This document shows, one piece after another, positions 48,301-58,400 of a stretch of 64,000 nt of DNA. A program made the translations under genes and the position numbers. Position 1 is the first letter of the stretch; each line of letters starts with the position of its first letter. The stretch spans positions 1 to 64,000 of the forward strand of contig JAOPTT010000022.1 of assembly GCA_051531975.1 (NCBI GenBank). Direction: 5' to 3'. The notes under the pieces are model-generated. The model ran no database searches. It was given only the letters and a program-made list of their open reading frames with translations, and was not told where the DNA came from. Origin of the DNA: Spirochaetaceae bacterium (GTDB lineage: Bacteria; Spirochaetota; Spirochaetia; DSM-2461).

Positions 48301-50617
48301 AGAGTTAGATATCGATACAGAAGATGTTGATGTATTTGTATCAACAGACAGTACTCATTTTTCACCAAATGCTGATGGTGTAAAAGATATTTTAACAATA
48401 ACTCCACAATTAAAAAAAGTTGATGGAATTGATTCAGCACTATACGAAGTTTTAAATGCAGAGCTAGTTCCTGTCTTTAGTAAAACAATAACAGAAAACT
48501 TTATACAAACTGTAACCTGGAATGGAAGAGGCTCTGGTGCTAGATTAGCAGATGGTGACTACTCAGTTAAGTTAACTGTAAACTATAAACGTGGAGATTC
48601 TCCAATTGCAACTACAAATGTTGTTTTAGATACTAAAGCCCCTACAGGTCAAGTAATAACACAGGATAGAACTTTCTCTCCAAATGGTGATGGTAACAGA
48701 GATTTTGTCGTTATAGATAATGTTTCAGAGGATATTGCACTGTGGAAACTTGTTATTAAGGATAATAACAGTGTTGTAGTTAAAGAGAACATTGTTAATG
48801 GTTTAGTAACATCTAATTGGAACTTCGACGGACGGGGTGAAGACTTAACAATATTACCAAACGGTAAATATATCTATACATTACAAGGTTCAGACCTAGC
48901 TGGTAATAGTTATGAATCTGAAAATATTATAATAAATATGGATAACTCTATATCTACTGCAATTGTAACTAATAATTATGAAGTATTCTCACCAAACAGA
49001 GATGGAGTTAAAGATAAGGTTACATTTACACCAAGAATTGATTCTGAGAGTCCTGTTGAATCCTGGACATTTACAATTGTTGATAACAGTGGTAAAAACA
49101 TTAAAGAGTTTAAAGGCAACAAGATGCCTAAAACTATAATCTGGACAGGTGAAGGTGAAGATAGTGCTGTAATGGCAACTGACGCAGCATATAAAGGTCA
49201 ACTTGAAATAATTCATGCTAATGGAAATAATCCTACTGCAGCTACACCAAATTTTTATCTAGATTCTAAATATCCAGTAATCAGTCTAACTGCTAAAAAT
49301 AAATTATTCTCTCCAAACGGTGATAATTTAAAAGATAGTGTAATTCTTACCCAGAGAGGTACAGGGGAAGAATTGTACCATGGTAGAGTTATATCTGATG
49401 ATAACAGACTTATTAAAGAGTGGTTCTGGAAAAACTCCTTAGTTACATTAAATTGGGATGGTAAAGATACATCAGGTAATATCTCAGAAGATGGAATTTA
49501 TAAGTATGTTGTTGACGTTACAGATAATGGTGGTAATAAAACAACCAAATCCATAGATAATATAGAAATCGATACTGTGGATACGGATATTTTTATTACC
49601 TACAAAAAACCTGTCTTTGCACCTGACTTAGTTAATAAAAATGGCCCACAAGTTTTTGGTTTAATTGTTAATAATAGAAAGGGCATAGAGTCCTGGAGCA
49701 TAAATATTACTGACTCTAAAGAAAAGTTAATAAAAGTTTTAAAAGGTTCTAAAGATATTCCTGAAACCATTGATTGGAATGGTAAAGATTCAGAAGGTAA
49801 AAATAGTAATGGATTATTAAAGGCAAAGTTTAATGTTGTATATTCTAAAGGTAACTCTCCAGTTTATTTAACTAAACAATTTATTGCAGATAGTATTGCA
49901 CCTTTAGTTAAAGTTACTACATCACCATCACCGTTTTCTCCAGATAATGATTATGTTGATGATGAACTTTTTATAGAATTGGGAGTAAAAGATTTATCAG
50001 CTATTGAGAGTTGGTCATTTGATATTAAAGATCCAAAAGGAAATAATTTTATATCATTCCAGGGTGAAGGAAAACCTGGTAAGAAGATAATATGGGATGG
50101 AAAAAGCAGCAAAGGTGAACTAGTTCAAGCTGCAGAAGAGTATAACTATGTTATGAGCGTTAAAGATGTTGCCGGACATATTGGAATAACAAAAGGTGAA
50201 ATACCAGTTGATATTTTAGTTATTAGGGAAGGTGATAAACTTAAAATTAAAGTATCTAGTATTATTTTCCAACCAAATTCAGCTGTTTTAGCTTTAAGTG
50301 GAGCTAATGGTGAATCAAATAAAAAGATTCTTAAAAGATTAAGTGAAATTTTAGATAAATACTCAAGTTACAAAATAATTGTTGAAGGACATGCTAATAA
50401 CATTTACGGAAATGAAGTAACTAAGGGTCAAAAAAAGGGTCTTATTGATTTTTCAAAAGAGAGAGCCGAACAGGTTAAAAAATCACTGAAAAAATTAGGT
50501 ATAAGTAACAACCGAATGTCTACTATAGGTATTGGTGGCGAAGAGCCAGTTGTTTCTGTATATGATCATGAAAATACATGGAAAAATAGACGTGTAGAAT
50601 TTATATTAGTTAAATAG
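45371..50617 (+). CDS. Giant envelope protein: signal peptide, beta-rich N-terminal domain, ~12 FSPNGDG/FlgD-Ig-like modules, C-terminal OmpA-like peptidoglycan-binding domain
   Basis: Recurrent FSPNxDG..D, WDG.d..G, DG.Y.Y, D.AGN motifs; C-terminal VEGHAN...RAEQVK...NRRVEFIL. Confidence 0.85.
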   Translation: MKKFNVIIALLLINNLLFADIFELASPQLSASSAYFDSNKTTAVAISNPALTSDIQRYTFDFNYLLLAGLTGDISGLGHSISLGGAMPSKYGVFSSTVDLLLTDDLGTSDLNVGTGTHINLNFSKEIYADLSFGGGLTTILASGDDGFDWGLGLNLGFVKDVGHLGTYATDVRWGVAIRNMGKGYNNSDDFFKADTDVFTPAAFIELTTINTDKFNLDVVSEISFPSFSNMNIEIGARASFLEHFIVDTTTNVDINELIAGDYDSLIPSLFIGYNLLPGSESETSSIYDETLFSLSANPYADGIWAFGVGGTMPIGQKDTTPPEVVIDYEDTQYVSPNFDGTNDELIFPITVEDERYISAYEFTITDSFGNVVKKIINKEERPENESIKNLYNKMVSPKTGIPVPENFRWDGIADSGTLVTDGEYTFQTKFTDDNGNVTITKEYEFIIDVTDPTVELSPPSGLDLIFSPNGDGNKDVLEIPQSSSKEVRWFAEVTDFMGNSVKSEAWDNAPTDKFLWDGKDDSGQLVPDGVYKYKITSTDLAGNSTEDFVDNIIINTKQPPIGITINTNSFSPNNDTVKDNMEFVLDIPVKTGIIQWDLAIKDSTGLEVNRFSTKKQGYSVIEDNIRFNGDDSAGRTLKEGSYSGELSVVYQNGHSPVVESPTFNIDITPPKADVKTTYNMFSPNGDDSKDEMILNQSSTVEEEWLGEVFDEFGDLVFNTSWIGEVNKTFNWDGKNNDGELSEDGLFTYVLSSTDKSGNSYRGESTKFELNTSKTGIELALNRTSFSPGSVNGKVELTAILDSIIPLDKYNLEIIDKNQKVIKVLSVNGNITSVFNWDGLDTTNKRVADDTYFGRIKGEFVNGNRVTSTTSEIVLDTKKPIVTVKLKERFNVFSPNGDGKKDYLTFLQTTSDEVMWNGDISNQTGEVVYTSSWSGIAPAEFIFNGKNMENINLTDGKYFYVLHATDSAGNVGISNKIELDIDTEDVDVFVSTDSTHFSPNADGVKDILTITPQLKKVDGIDSALYEVLNAELVPVFSKTITENFIQTVTWNGRGSGARLADGDYSVKLTVNYKRGDSPIATTNVVLDTKAPTGQVITQDRTFSPNGDGNRDFVVIDNVSEDIALWKLVIKDNNSVVVKENIVNGLVTSNWNFDGRGEDLTILPNGKYIYTLQGSDLAGNSYESENIIINMDNSISTAIVTNNYEVFSPNRDGVKDKVTFTPRIDSESPVESWTFTIVDNSGKNIKEFKGNKMPKTIIWTGEGEDSAVMATDAAYKGQLEIIHANGNNPTAATPNFYLDSKYPVISLTAKNKLFSPNGDNLKDSVILTQRGTGEELYHGRVISDDNRLIKEWFWKNSLVTLNWDGKDTSGNISEDGIYKYVVDVTDNGGNKTTKSIDNIEIDTVDTDIFITYKKPVFAPDLVNKNGPQVFGLIVNNRKGIESWSINITDSKEKLIKVLKGSKDIPETIDWNGKDSEGKNSNGLLKAKFNVVYSKGNSPVYLTKQFIADSIAPLVKVTTSPSPFSPDNDYVDDELFIELGVKDLSAIESWSFDIKDPKGNNFISFQGEGKPGKKIIWDGKSSKGELVQAAEEYNYVMSVKDVAGHIGITKGEIPVDILVIREGDKLKIKVSSIIFQPNSAVLALSGANGESNKKILKRLSEILDKYSSYKIIVEGHANNIYGNEVTKGQKKGLIDFSKERAEQVKKSLKKLGISNNRMSTIGIGGEEPVVSVYDHENTWKNRRVEFILVK

Positions 50618-50625
50618 AGGAAATT

Positions 50626-52749
50626 TTGAATAAAGAATTAAAGTTATATGCTACGTGCCCTTTGTATACAGAGGAATTATTATTAAAAGAGATCCAGGAC
50701 CTTGGTGGTTTGGATGGGAAGATATCTCCATCAGGGGTCTCTTTTTCAGGAGATTTGGAAACAGTTTATAAAGTCTGCCTATGTTCAAGAATAGCTGGTA
50801 AAGTTTTCCTTGAATTAGTGGAGTTTGAGTTAACTGATCAAAATGATATATATAAAGTTGCAAAAGGCATTGATTGGGAAGAACATTTTAACTTAGAAGA
50901 TACTTTTGCTACATCTGCTGCAGTTGTTAAGAGTCGTGTTAAAAATAGTAAATATGCTTCTTTATTGGTTAAAGATGCTATAGCTGACTATTTTACAGAG
51001 AAATATGAATCAAGACCTAATGTTGATGTTAAAAGACCTTCAGTTAAGGTTCATCTGCATATAAATAAAAATCAGGCTCGGATTTCTTTAGATCTTTCCG
51101 GTGAATCTCTGCATAAAAGAGGTTATAGACAGGGTAATGCAATGGCTGCAATAAAAGAGAATGTTGGAGCTGCACTTTTATATAGATCTAACTGGCCAGC
51201 TATGGCTTTAGAAAATAAAAACTTTCTAGACCCAATGTGTGGTTCAGGAACACTTTTAATTGAAGCCGCATTTATTGCCACTAATACTCCATCTGGTTAT
51301 TACAGATGTTATTATGGATTTTATGGTTGGAAAAAACATGATGTAGAGTTATGGGAAGATGTCTTTGATAAAGCTGAAGAGGGTATTAGACCTTTTAAGG
51401 GTGTTATTAGAGGTTTCGATATGGATAAAGATGCCATTACCCAATCTATTGAAAATGTAAAATGTGCGAAATTTGATAAATTAATTCATGTTGAAAAAAC
51501 CATTTTATCTGAATTTGAAGTTGTAGAGAGTATGACACATTCAAAAGGTCTAATTTGTGTAAATCCTCCATACGGAGTTAGACTTGGAAACGTAACAGAA
51601 CTTAAGAAGTTATATAAAGAGTTTAGTCAAAAGTTCATGGATACACTACCAGGCTGGAAGCTATCTGTTATTACTGGGGATGAAGAGTTATCTAGATCAA
51701 TTCCATTTAAAATTGATAAAAAACATACCCTATATAATGGTGCTATAAAATGTGTAGTTTCCCACTTTTCATTAGATGATAATATGCAAAAAAAAGTATC
51801 TCCTCTTTCTGAAGGTGCAACTGCTTTTAAAAATAGATTAACTAAACGGAAAAAACATCTGAACAAATGGGCTAAAAGAAACAATATAACCTGTTATAGA
51901 GTATACGATGCTGACCTACCTGACTATAACGCTGCTATCGATATCTATGAGGGTAAATGGATATCTGTTTCAGAGTATAACGCTCCAAAAGAGATTGAAC
52001 CACATATAGTTAAAAAGCGTTTAGATGAAATCTTAAGGGTTATTCCAGAAGTTTATGACGTAGACCCAGATAATATATTTTTAAGGGTACGGAAAAAACA
52101 GAGAGGTGCAGGTCAATATATAAAACATCAGGACTCTAACGAGTTCCATGTTATTTCTGAATCTGGTGGTAAGTTTTATGTTAACTTTAAGGACTACTTA
52201 GATACAGGTATCTTTTTAGATCATAGACCTATAAGAAAACGTATTAAATCCGAAGCTGCAGGAAAACGTGTACTGAATTTATTTAGTTATACAGGTAGTG
52301 TAACAAGTTTAGCTGCTTTAGGTGGTGCAAAATCATCTATGACCGTAGATTCTAGTAAAACATACTTAGAGTGGGCTAAAAGGAACTTGCAGCTTAATGG
52401 TTTATATAGCCATGATCACAAATTCTTTCAATCCGATTGTAAAGAGTGGTTAATTAAAGAGACTAATAAATATGATCTTATATTTTTAGATCCCCCAACA
52501 TTTTCAAACTCTAAAAGTGGTAGAGATCTGTTTGATGTACAGGTAGATTATGTTGAAATTTTACAATTGTGTGCTAAAATATTAGATAAAAGTGGTGTTT
52601 TGTACTTTTCAAATAATTTTAGAAAATTTAAATTTGATGAAACACTGTTTACTGATTTAGATATTAAAGATATTTCTAAGGCTACCATAGATGAAGACTT
52701 TCTTGGGAACCCTAAAATACATAAGTGCTGGGAGATTAGATGGAAGTAG
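50626..52749 (+). CDS. rlmKL: Bifunctional 23S rRNA methyltransferase RlmKL
   Basis: THUMP region, SLHKRGYR, DPMCGSGTLLIE, NPPYG; second MTase LNLFSYTG, DPPTFSNSK. Confidence 0.95.
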   Translation: MNKELKLYATCPLYTEELLLKEIQDLGGLDGKISPSGVSFSGDLETVYKVCLCSRIAGKVFLELVEFELTDQNDIYKVAKGIDWEEHFNLEDTFATSAAVVKSRVKNSKYASLLVKDAIADYFTEKYESRPNVDVKRPSVKVHLHINKNQARISLDLSGESLHKRGYRQGNAMAAIKENVGAALLYRSNWPAMALENKNFLDPMCGSGTLLIEAAFIATNTPSGYYRCYYGFYGWKKHDVELWEDVFDKAEEGIRPFKGVIRGFDMDKDAITQSIENVKCAKFDKLIHVEKTILSEFEVVESMTHSKGLICVNPPYGVRLGNVTELKKLYKEFSQKFMDTLPGWKLSVITGDEELSRSIPFKIDKKHTLYNGAIKCVVSHFSLDDNMQKKVSPLSEGATAFKNRLTKRKKHLNKWAKRNNITCYRVYDADLPDYNAAIDIYEGKWISVSEYNAPKEIEPHIVKKRLDEILRVIPEVYDVDPDNIFLRVRKKQRGAGQYIKHQDSNEFHVISESGGKFYVNFKDYLDTGIFLDHRPIRKRIKSEAAGKRVLNLFSYTGSVTSLAALGGAKSSMTVDSSKTYLEWAKRNLQLNGLYSHDHKFFQSDCKEWLIKETNKYDLIFLDPPTFSNSKSGRDLFDVQVDYVEILQLCAKILDKSGVLYFSNNFRKFKFDETLFTDLDIKDISKATIDEDFLGNPKIHKCWEIRWK

Positions 52750-54509
52750 AACCAACAGATGCTGAATTAATTGAAGTTGAGTTAAACCCAATGCCTGATT
52801 TTGTAAGTGGTGATAGAAAAGACCGTGAGGCTTTTTTATCTCTGCTTGGAAATTTCTCTACTGAAGAGAGGGGCATATTTCACCTTTTGTGTGAAAACTG
52901 GGATCATGAAATTGGTTATGCAAAGTTTGTTACTAAAAATACAAAAAATCATCCTATAGATGAGAAAGATATAAAAACACTTATGATAAAATTGAGAGCT
53001 TGTGGTTGTGGTATATTACTTACTAAATATCTACGAGGGGAGAGAGGTGTAGATAAAATTATTTTAACTGATGTGCATTCAAAGTTCTTCTTTTTCTATT
53101 TTATTAATAATGAGTATCAAAAAAATTATGGTGATATTTCAATTGATTTTGTAAACGATGGTACATTTGAAAAATATGGGTTAAGTTTCACTGAGTTATC
53201 ATCTATTCCCTTAGAACTTTCCGAACTTAATAAAGGTTTTATTAAATCAGAAAGTATTCAGTCCAATATATTTATCATTACAAATAATAATGAATTTAAA
53301 CCATTATATGTGACAAGTGATACTTTACAGGATCTTCTTAAAATATCTGTTAGAAAAGTTAAATATTATTTTAAAAGTGAAAGCTTTATAGCATTTATTG
53401 CAAAATTAATGGATACCTCGATTTCCAAAATTAAAGCTGATATAGATCAGTTTGATATCTCTAAATGGAAAGACTTAACTAAACAAATTTTAAATAACAA
53501 AAAAGTAATTAATGGAAAGTTCAAAAATATTAGTAGTAGCTTTTTTAAATCAATATTAATAACTAGTAGTTACTGTTTAAGTGAGTTAGAACATAGAGAT
53601 AAAGAACTTGAAGATGAAAAAAAACTTAGAGAAGTATTAAAACAAATTTCAGGTAAGATTAGAGAACAAGAATTTACACCACTTACTCAAGAGAGCTTTA
53701 ATGCACTTTTTGATATTTATGAAGCAGACTCACCAGAAATAAAATCCAAATTTTATGAACTGTTTGTGGACAATAAAACTATGACAGGTCTAACAGAAAT
53801 TGTTTTTGTTGGGCAACATTATATGCATCAAGATAATCTATATAAAGTTTTTTTAGATAGAATTGCAGTAGCTTCTACAGAGTTAAATTATTATTTTGTA
53901 TCTGAATTAAAAAGGTGTTTAGCCACTAATAGTTCTGATCAATCCCTATATGTTGGATATCCATTTGAATGTACAATTATGACTAAATTGAAGTCAGATT
54001 ATCCTATTTTAAATGATTTTATAAATAGAAAAGGTACATTAGCAGAAGGTATTATTCATTTTAGTAAAAAAAAGGGACATTCACAGGGTAAAATGCATAG
54101 TTTATTGGCTTTATATTTTAGGGAAGGTAGTTCTGAACTTAGAGATATTAACTTAATATTTAATCTAGATTTAATTAGTCTTTATGAACAAGCATATATA
54201 TCCTTACCATCTATTAAAAGATTTCTTATCTTGATAACTGGACAATACTCAAGAAATCTTGAAAGATTTACTGGACATAGGAAGGTTAGAAAGCCAAAAG
54301 AAAAGGCTAAACCAAAAAAGAAGAAGAGCTCAAAAAGTAGTAATAAAGGTTCAGATCATTCATCTAGTCATGGTAATTATCAATCCCATGGAAAAAGTTT
54401 AATAAAGGAAGAAAGAGTTAAGAAAAAGGATAAACATTATAACCAGGAACAGCAGGACACTGCCTGGAGCTCTTTAGGATCTGAGTTAACTAAAAAAAAG
54501 AGAACCTAA
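52740..54509 (+). CDS. Hypothetical protein with a basic low-complexity C-terminal tail
   Basis: 589-aa ORF overlapping the rlmKL stop; no recognised motif. Confidence 0.75.
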   Translation: MEVEPTDAELIEVELNPMPDFVSGDRKDREAFLSLLGNFSTEERGIFHLLCENWDHEIGYAKFVTKNTKNHPIDEKDIKTLMIKLRACGCGILLTKYLRGERGVDKIILTDVHSKFFFFYFINNEYQKNYGDISIDFVNDGTFEKYGLSFTELSSIPLELSELNKGFIKSESIQSNIFIITNNNEFKPLYVTSDTLQDLLKISVRKVKYYFKSESFIAFIAKLMDTSISKIKADIDQFDISKWKDLTKQILNNKKVINGKFKNISSSFFKSILITSSYCLSELEHRDKELEDEKKLREVLKQISGKIREQEFTPLTQESFNALFDIYEADSPEIKSKFYELFVDNKTMTGLTEIVFVGQHYMHQDNLYKVFLDRIAVASTELNYYFVSELKRCLATNSSDQSLYVGYPFECTIMTKLKSDYPILNDFINRKGTLAEGIIHFSKKKGHSQGKMHSLLALYFREGSSELRDINLIFNLDLISLYEQAYISLPSIKRFLILITGQYSRNLERFTGHRKVRKPKEKAKPKKKKSSKSSNKGSDHSSSHGNYQSHGKSLIKEERVKKKDKHYNQEQQDTAWSSLGSELTKKKRT

Positions 54510-54521
54510 ATGGTTCTCTTT
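54497..54521. terminator. Bidirectional terminator-like hairpin
   Basis: aaagagaacc-taaat-ggttctcttt between convergent genes. Confidence 0.65.
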
Positions 54522-54532
54522 ATCTATAAGAA

Positions 54533-55666
54533 TTAAAGTTTCTGCCTTAATTCCATTATGTAGTCTGTAATCTGGGGATTTCTAATTCCCAGTTTTTGAA
54601 ATTGATTTAAAGCTTCAATTGCTTTGCTAATTTCATTTTTAGCTTCATAACATTCAGCAATTTCAATATACAGTCTATAATTTTTAGGTTCATTATATAC
54701 AAGATCAACTAATGATGAGATTGCTTCTTCATAATTACCTTCTGCCTTATTAATTAGTGCTAAACCAATTATTGCATATACATCAAATTCTATATTTAAT
54801 GCTTTTCTATAATATTTTTCAGAATTTTCAAATTCACCCATATGTCTATAAGCATCACCAGCTCTAGTTAATATAACTTTATTTCTTGGATCTCTATCTA
54901 GTATTTTTAACCAGAATTGCAGGGAATCTTCTGCTTTGTTAAGACCTCTAAAACAATCTGCAAGTCCAAACAGAGCATAAAAGTTATTAGGCTCAATTCT
55001 AAGTGCTTTTTCGAAGTATTTAACACCATCTTCATAGGTTTTTAACTTTCTATGACAATTACCTAAAGATGTTAATACTCGAATATCAACATTATCTTCA
55101 TTTAAAGTATACATCTTTTCCCAATATTTAAGTGCTGATGTATATTCTTTAAAATCATAATGCAAATGTCCTAAACCAATTAGTGCATATGAATTATGTG
55201 GTTGCATATCTAATACTTTTAAATATATTTCATTAGACTTTCTAAAATTTCGAACTTTACGGTAAGCATCTGCAATTCGGGTTAATACAGTGATATTTTT
55301 ATCATCATGTTTTAAGTACTCTTCCCAAATATCAATAGCTCTATTAAACTGCTTTAAAGCTTTAAAACAGTCGGCTAAACCAAACAATGCATAATTATTC
55401 CCACCATGTAAGTCTAAACATTTTTGGTAATAGTTAATTGCATCTCTGAATTTTCTATCTTTTCTATGTGTATCACCTAAACCAACTAATGCATAATTAT
55501 TATTATTATCTATCTCTAGTATCTCTTTAAAACAACTTATCGCACGGTCAGTTAGACCTTCTTTTAATAATTGATAACCCCTTTTAGACAACTCTGATAT
55601 TTCATTGAGTTGAACATCAGTTAACTCATTAACAGGTTCTTTTGGGATTTCCAAATCTTCAAACAT
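54533..55666 (-). CDS. Tetratricopeptide repeat protein
   Basis: Repeated NNYALxGLAD/LGD units at ~34-aa spacing. Confidence 0.9.
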   Translation of the reverse strand: MFEDLEIPKEPVNELTDVQLNEISELSKRGYQLLKEGLTDRAISCFKEILEIDNNNNYALVGLGDTHRKDRKFRDAINYYQKCLDLHGGNNYALFGLADCFKALKQFNRAIDIWEEYLKHDDKNITVLTRIADAYRKVRNFRKSNEIYLKVLDMQPHNSYALIGLGHLHYDFKEYTSALKYWEKMYTLNEDNVDIRVLTSLGNCHRKLKTYEDGVKYFEKALRIEPNNFYALFGLADCFRGLNKAEDSLQFWLKILDRDPRNKVILTRAGDAYRHMGEFENSEKYYRKALNIEFDVYAIIGLALINKAEGNYEEAISSLVDLVYNEPKNYRLYIEIAECYEAKNEISKAIEALNQFQKLGIRNPQITDYIMELRQKL

Positions 55667-55682
55667 TCATTTACCTCTTTAT

Positions 55683-56036
55683 TTAATCTTTTATCCACAT
55701 TTTTAAAACTTCCGCCATCTTCGCACTAAGACTAGATAGCTTATCTTGAGCTTTTGCAGCCTTATACATTTTCAGGGCTTCTAATGGTGTTCCCTTACTT
55801 TCGTAATAATCTCCAAGTCTAATTAAACCAGCAGAATATCCTACTGCTAGATATATTCTTCTTGCTTGCTCATAATTTTTGTTATTCATTAACTCATTAG
55901 CTTTACGTACTAATAATACTTTTTCTTTTGAATTTATGTTAACATTGCCACTTTGAGGAATTTTAATAAATCCCTCTTTAGGTATACTATTAAATATAGC
56001 GTTTTTTTCATTTTTATCAACCAATTTAATTACCAT
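55683..56036 (-). CDS. Hypothetical helical protein
   Basis: In-operon ORF; GLIRLGDYY helical-repeat-like segment. Confidence 0.7.
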   Translation of the reverse strand: MVIKLVDKNEKNAIFNSIPKEGFIKIPQSGNVNINSKEKVLLVRKANELMNNKNYEQARRIYLAVGYSAGLIRLGDYYESKGTPLEALKMYKAAKAQDKLSSLSAKMAEVLKMWIKD

Positions 56037-56055
56037 TTACACTATAAATGCTATT

Positions 56056-56646
56056 TTATAGCTTTCCTTTGGTAGACATGCTACCAGTTTCATCAGAAAT
56101 AGGTGTATATGCCTCTTTTATAGCAATACCTAATGCTTTAAAAAGAGCTTCTGACATATGATGAGCATTTTCCCCATACTTACAAATAGCATGTAGAGTA
56201 ATTGCTCCTTTAGAAGTTAACCCATGGAAAAATTCTCTTAATAAGTGCATCTGAAAGTTACCAGAAAATTCCTGAGGATAATCAACTTTATATACTAAAT
56301 AGGGTCTCATACATACGTCGATAACTATTTCTGATAAAGCTTCATCCATAGGGATCATTTTACTTGCATATCTTTTAACTCCACCATATTTAATTACAGT
56401 CTCTTTTAAGGCTTCTCCTAAAACTAAACCAAGATCTTCAACTAAGTGGTGAGGATCTATTTCTAAATCACCTGTTGCTTTAATGTCTAAATCAAATTTC
56501 CCATGAAAAGCCATAGCAGTAAACATATGGTCTAGGTATGGAATACCTGTAGTTGAATTTACAACTCCAGTTCCTGATAGATCTAAGGTTAATGCAATAT
56601 CAGTTTCTTTTGTTTTTCTATTTATTGTAATAATTCTATTTTCCAT
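56056..56646 (-). CDS. hisB: Imidazoleglycerol-phosphate dehydratase
   Basis: RKTKETDI, DPHHLVED, PMDEAL, NAHHMSEALFKA. Confidence 0.96.
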   Translation of the reverse strand: MENRIITINRKTKETDIALTLDLSGTGVVNSTTGIPYLDHMFTAMAFHGKFDLDIKATGDLEIDPHHLVEDLGLVLGEALKETVIKYGGVKRYASKMIPMDEALSEIVIDVCMRPYLVYKVDYPQEFSGNFQMHLLREFFHGLTSKGAITLHAICKYGENAHHMSEALFKALGIAIKEAYTPISDETGSMSTKGKL

Positions 56647-56648
56647 TT

Positions 56649-57263
56649 CTAATCCCTTAGTATTTCTAATAACTGGTTAATTTTCTCATAGTGTGTTTTA
56701 TAATATGATGGATTTGATATCAAATTAACTTTAATATGATTTAATGTACGAATTACTTCAAGATTATTAGCCTTTAAAGTACTTCCTGTTTCAACTAGGT
56801 CAACTATATATGGTGCTAAACCTAAAATAGGAGCTAGTTCAACAGAACCATTTAAATTAATAATTTTAACTGGAGTACCTTCATTATGAAAAAAGTCTTT
56901 TGTAAACTCAGTATAACTAGTTGCAATTGTTAAACCATTTATATCCTGTTTCTCACCAACTCCCTTTTTCCCACAAAGGCATATTCTTGTTCCACCAAAA
57001 TCGAAGGGTAATAAGCTGTTAAATTTTAATCCAGACTCGTAAACAACATCGTCTCCACAAACTCCTAAACCTGCAATTCCATAGTTTACATATGTAGGTA
57101 AATCACTATTTTTAACTAAAAATATCTTTAATAATCCTTTAGAATCATAAGCTGTTAATTTCCTTTTTTCAAAGGTAAATTCAATTCCTTTTGTTGCAAA
57201 GTGTTTTTGTACATCATCAAAAAGTCTTCCTTTTGGTAGTGCTAGTGTTAATAATTCACTCAT
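56649..57263 (-). CDS. hisG: ATP phosphoribosyltransferase, short form
   Basis: LALPKGRL, GSVELAP, DLVETGSTLKANNL; 204 aa with no regulatory domain. Confidence 0.95.
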   Translation of the reverse strand: MSELLTLALPKGRLFDDVQKHFATKGIEFTFEKRKLTAYDSKGLLKIFLVKNSDLPTYVNYGIAGLGVCGDDVVYESGLKFNSLLPFDFGGTRICLCGKKGVGEKQDINGLTIATSYTEFTKDFFHNEGTPVKIINLNGSVELAPILGLAPYIVDLVETGSTLKANNLEVIRTLNHIKVNLISNPSYYKTHYEKINQLLEILRD

Positions 57264-58369
57264 TAGTTGTCTCCCTTTAATACTGCAGCTTTTCCATCTT
57301 TTCTTAATAACTCAGCTTCTTTAAATGCTTTTACAAAGTCTGTACCACTATTAATTTCAATCATCTTTGGGGGATTAAACCTTTCATCTTTAAGTTGCTT
57401 TTCAATTTTTCTTAACATAATAGAAAATCCTACAGAGGGTAGTTTCTCTCCAAAACAGCTTATTAAATTATCGTAACGACCACCAGATGCAATCGCACTA
57501 TCAATATCTTTTGTATAAGCTTTAAATACTATACCTGTATAATATGACCGGTTAGCTACCTCTGATAGATCAAATCTAAAGTTTTGTATCATTTCCAGAT
57601 CAACTAAGTTTTTACCTATCTCTTTTAAGTAGTCAATTTCATTAATAATATCAAGTTGTTTTAATAGATCTTTTTCTAATAGGGTATAGTCACAGAACTC
57701 TGTGTATGTACCTATGAATAAAAACAGTCCAGATATTTTATCTGCTAATTTTTCGCCAACTATTGGTGTAAGATATTCTGTAAATGATGTGATATCCCTT
57801 AAGTTAATTAATGTAATTAATTTATCAGTATCTATAGTAGGGAACTTTGAAGTTATTCCATCGAGTATAGATCTTGAGCCAATATGAATTCTTGTATTTA
57901 TTGGGTCTAATTCAGTAATAATTGTATTTAAAAGTGTAATTATTTCTAAATCCCCAAATAGGCCCGAACAACCAACTAACTCTGCACCTGATTGAAAAAA
58001 CTCATTGCTTGATATGTCTATAGCAGATTGATGTCTTAAAATTGTATCTGCATAGTGTACTCTTAGTGGAGTATCATTTTTTTTAACAACTCGGCCAATC
58101 TGCCTAGCTAAAAAAAGTGTGATATCATTTCTTAATAATAGAAGTTCTCCATCTCGATCCATTAAACGGAAACAGTTTTTTTTACTCTCAGTAGAAAGTA
58201 ATTTTTCATATGTTTCATAATAATCAAAAACAGGTGTCTTAATTGGTAGGTAACCTCTATGTGTATATATGTTATTTATTACTTCATTAATTTTTTCATG
58301 TTTGTATGCTTCATCCAAAAAAATAGATTCAGCACCCTGAGGTGTTCTTAGTAGTTTCTCTTTCATCAT
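57263..58369 (-). CDS. hisZ: ATP phosphoribosyltransferase regulatory subunit
   Basis: HisRS-like fold (LRNDIT, EFFQSGAEL, YYTGIVF, GGRYDNL), adjacent to the short hisG. Confidence 0.92.
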   Translation of the reverse strand: MMKEKLLRTPQGAESIFLDEAYKHEKINEVINNIYTHRGYLPIKTPVFDYYETYEKLLSTESKKNCFRLMDRDGELLLLRNDITLFLARQIGRVVKKNDTPLRVHYADTILRHQSAIDISSNEFFQSGAELVGCSGLFGDLEIITLLNTIITELDPINTRIHIGSRSILDGITSKFPTIDTDKLITLINLRDITSFTEYLTPIVGEKLADKISGLFLFIGTYTEFCDYTLLEKDLLKQLDIINEIDYLKEIGKNLVDLEMIQNFRFDLSEVANRSYYTGIVFKAYTKDIDSAIASGGRYDNLISCFGEKLPSVGFSIMLRKIEKQLKDERFNPPKMIEINSGTDFVKAFKEAELLRKDGKAAVLKGDN

Positions 58370-58400
58370 ATTCTCCGACTGTTATTATAGGTACTTTATG

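Noticed and set aside
45604..49216. Minus-strand ORFs of 102, 203 and 75 aa
   Set aside because: They are antisense shadows of the 1748-aa gene; the other short antisense ORFs inside housekeeping genes were rejected for the same reason.
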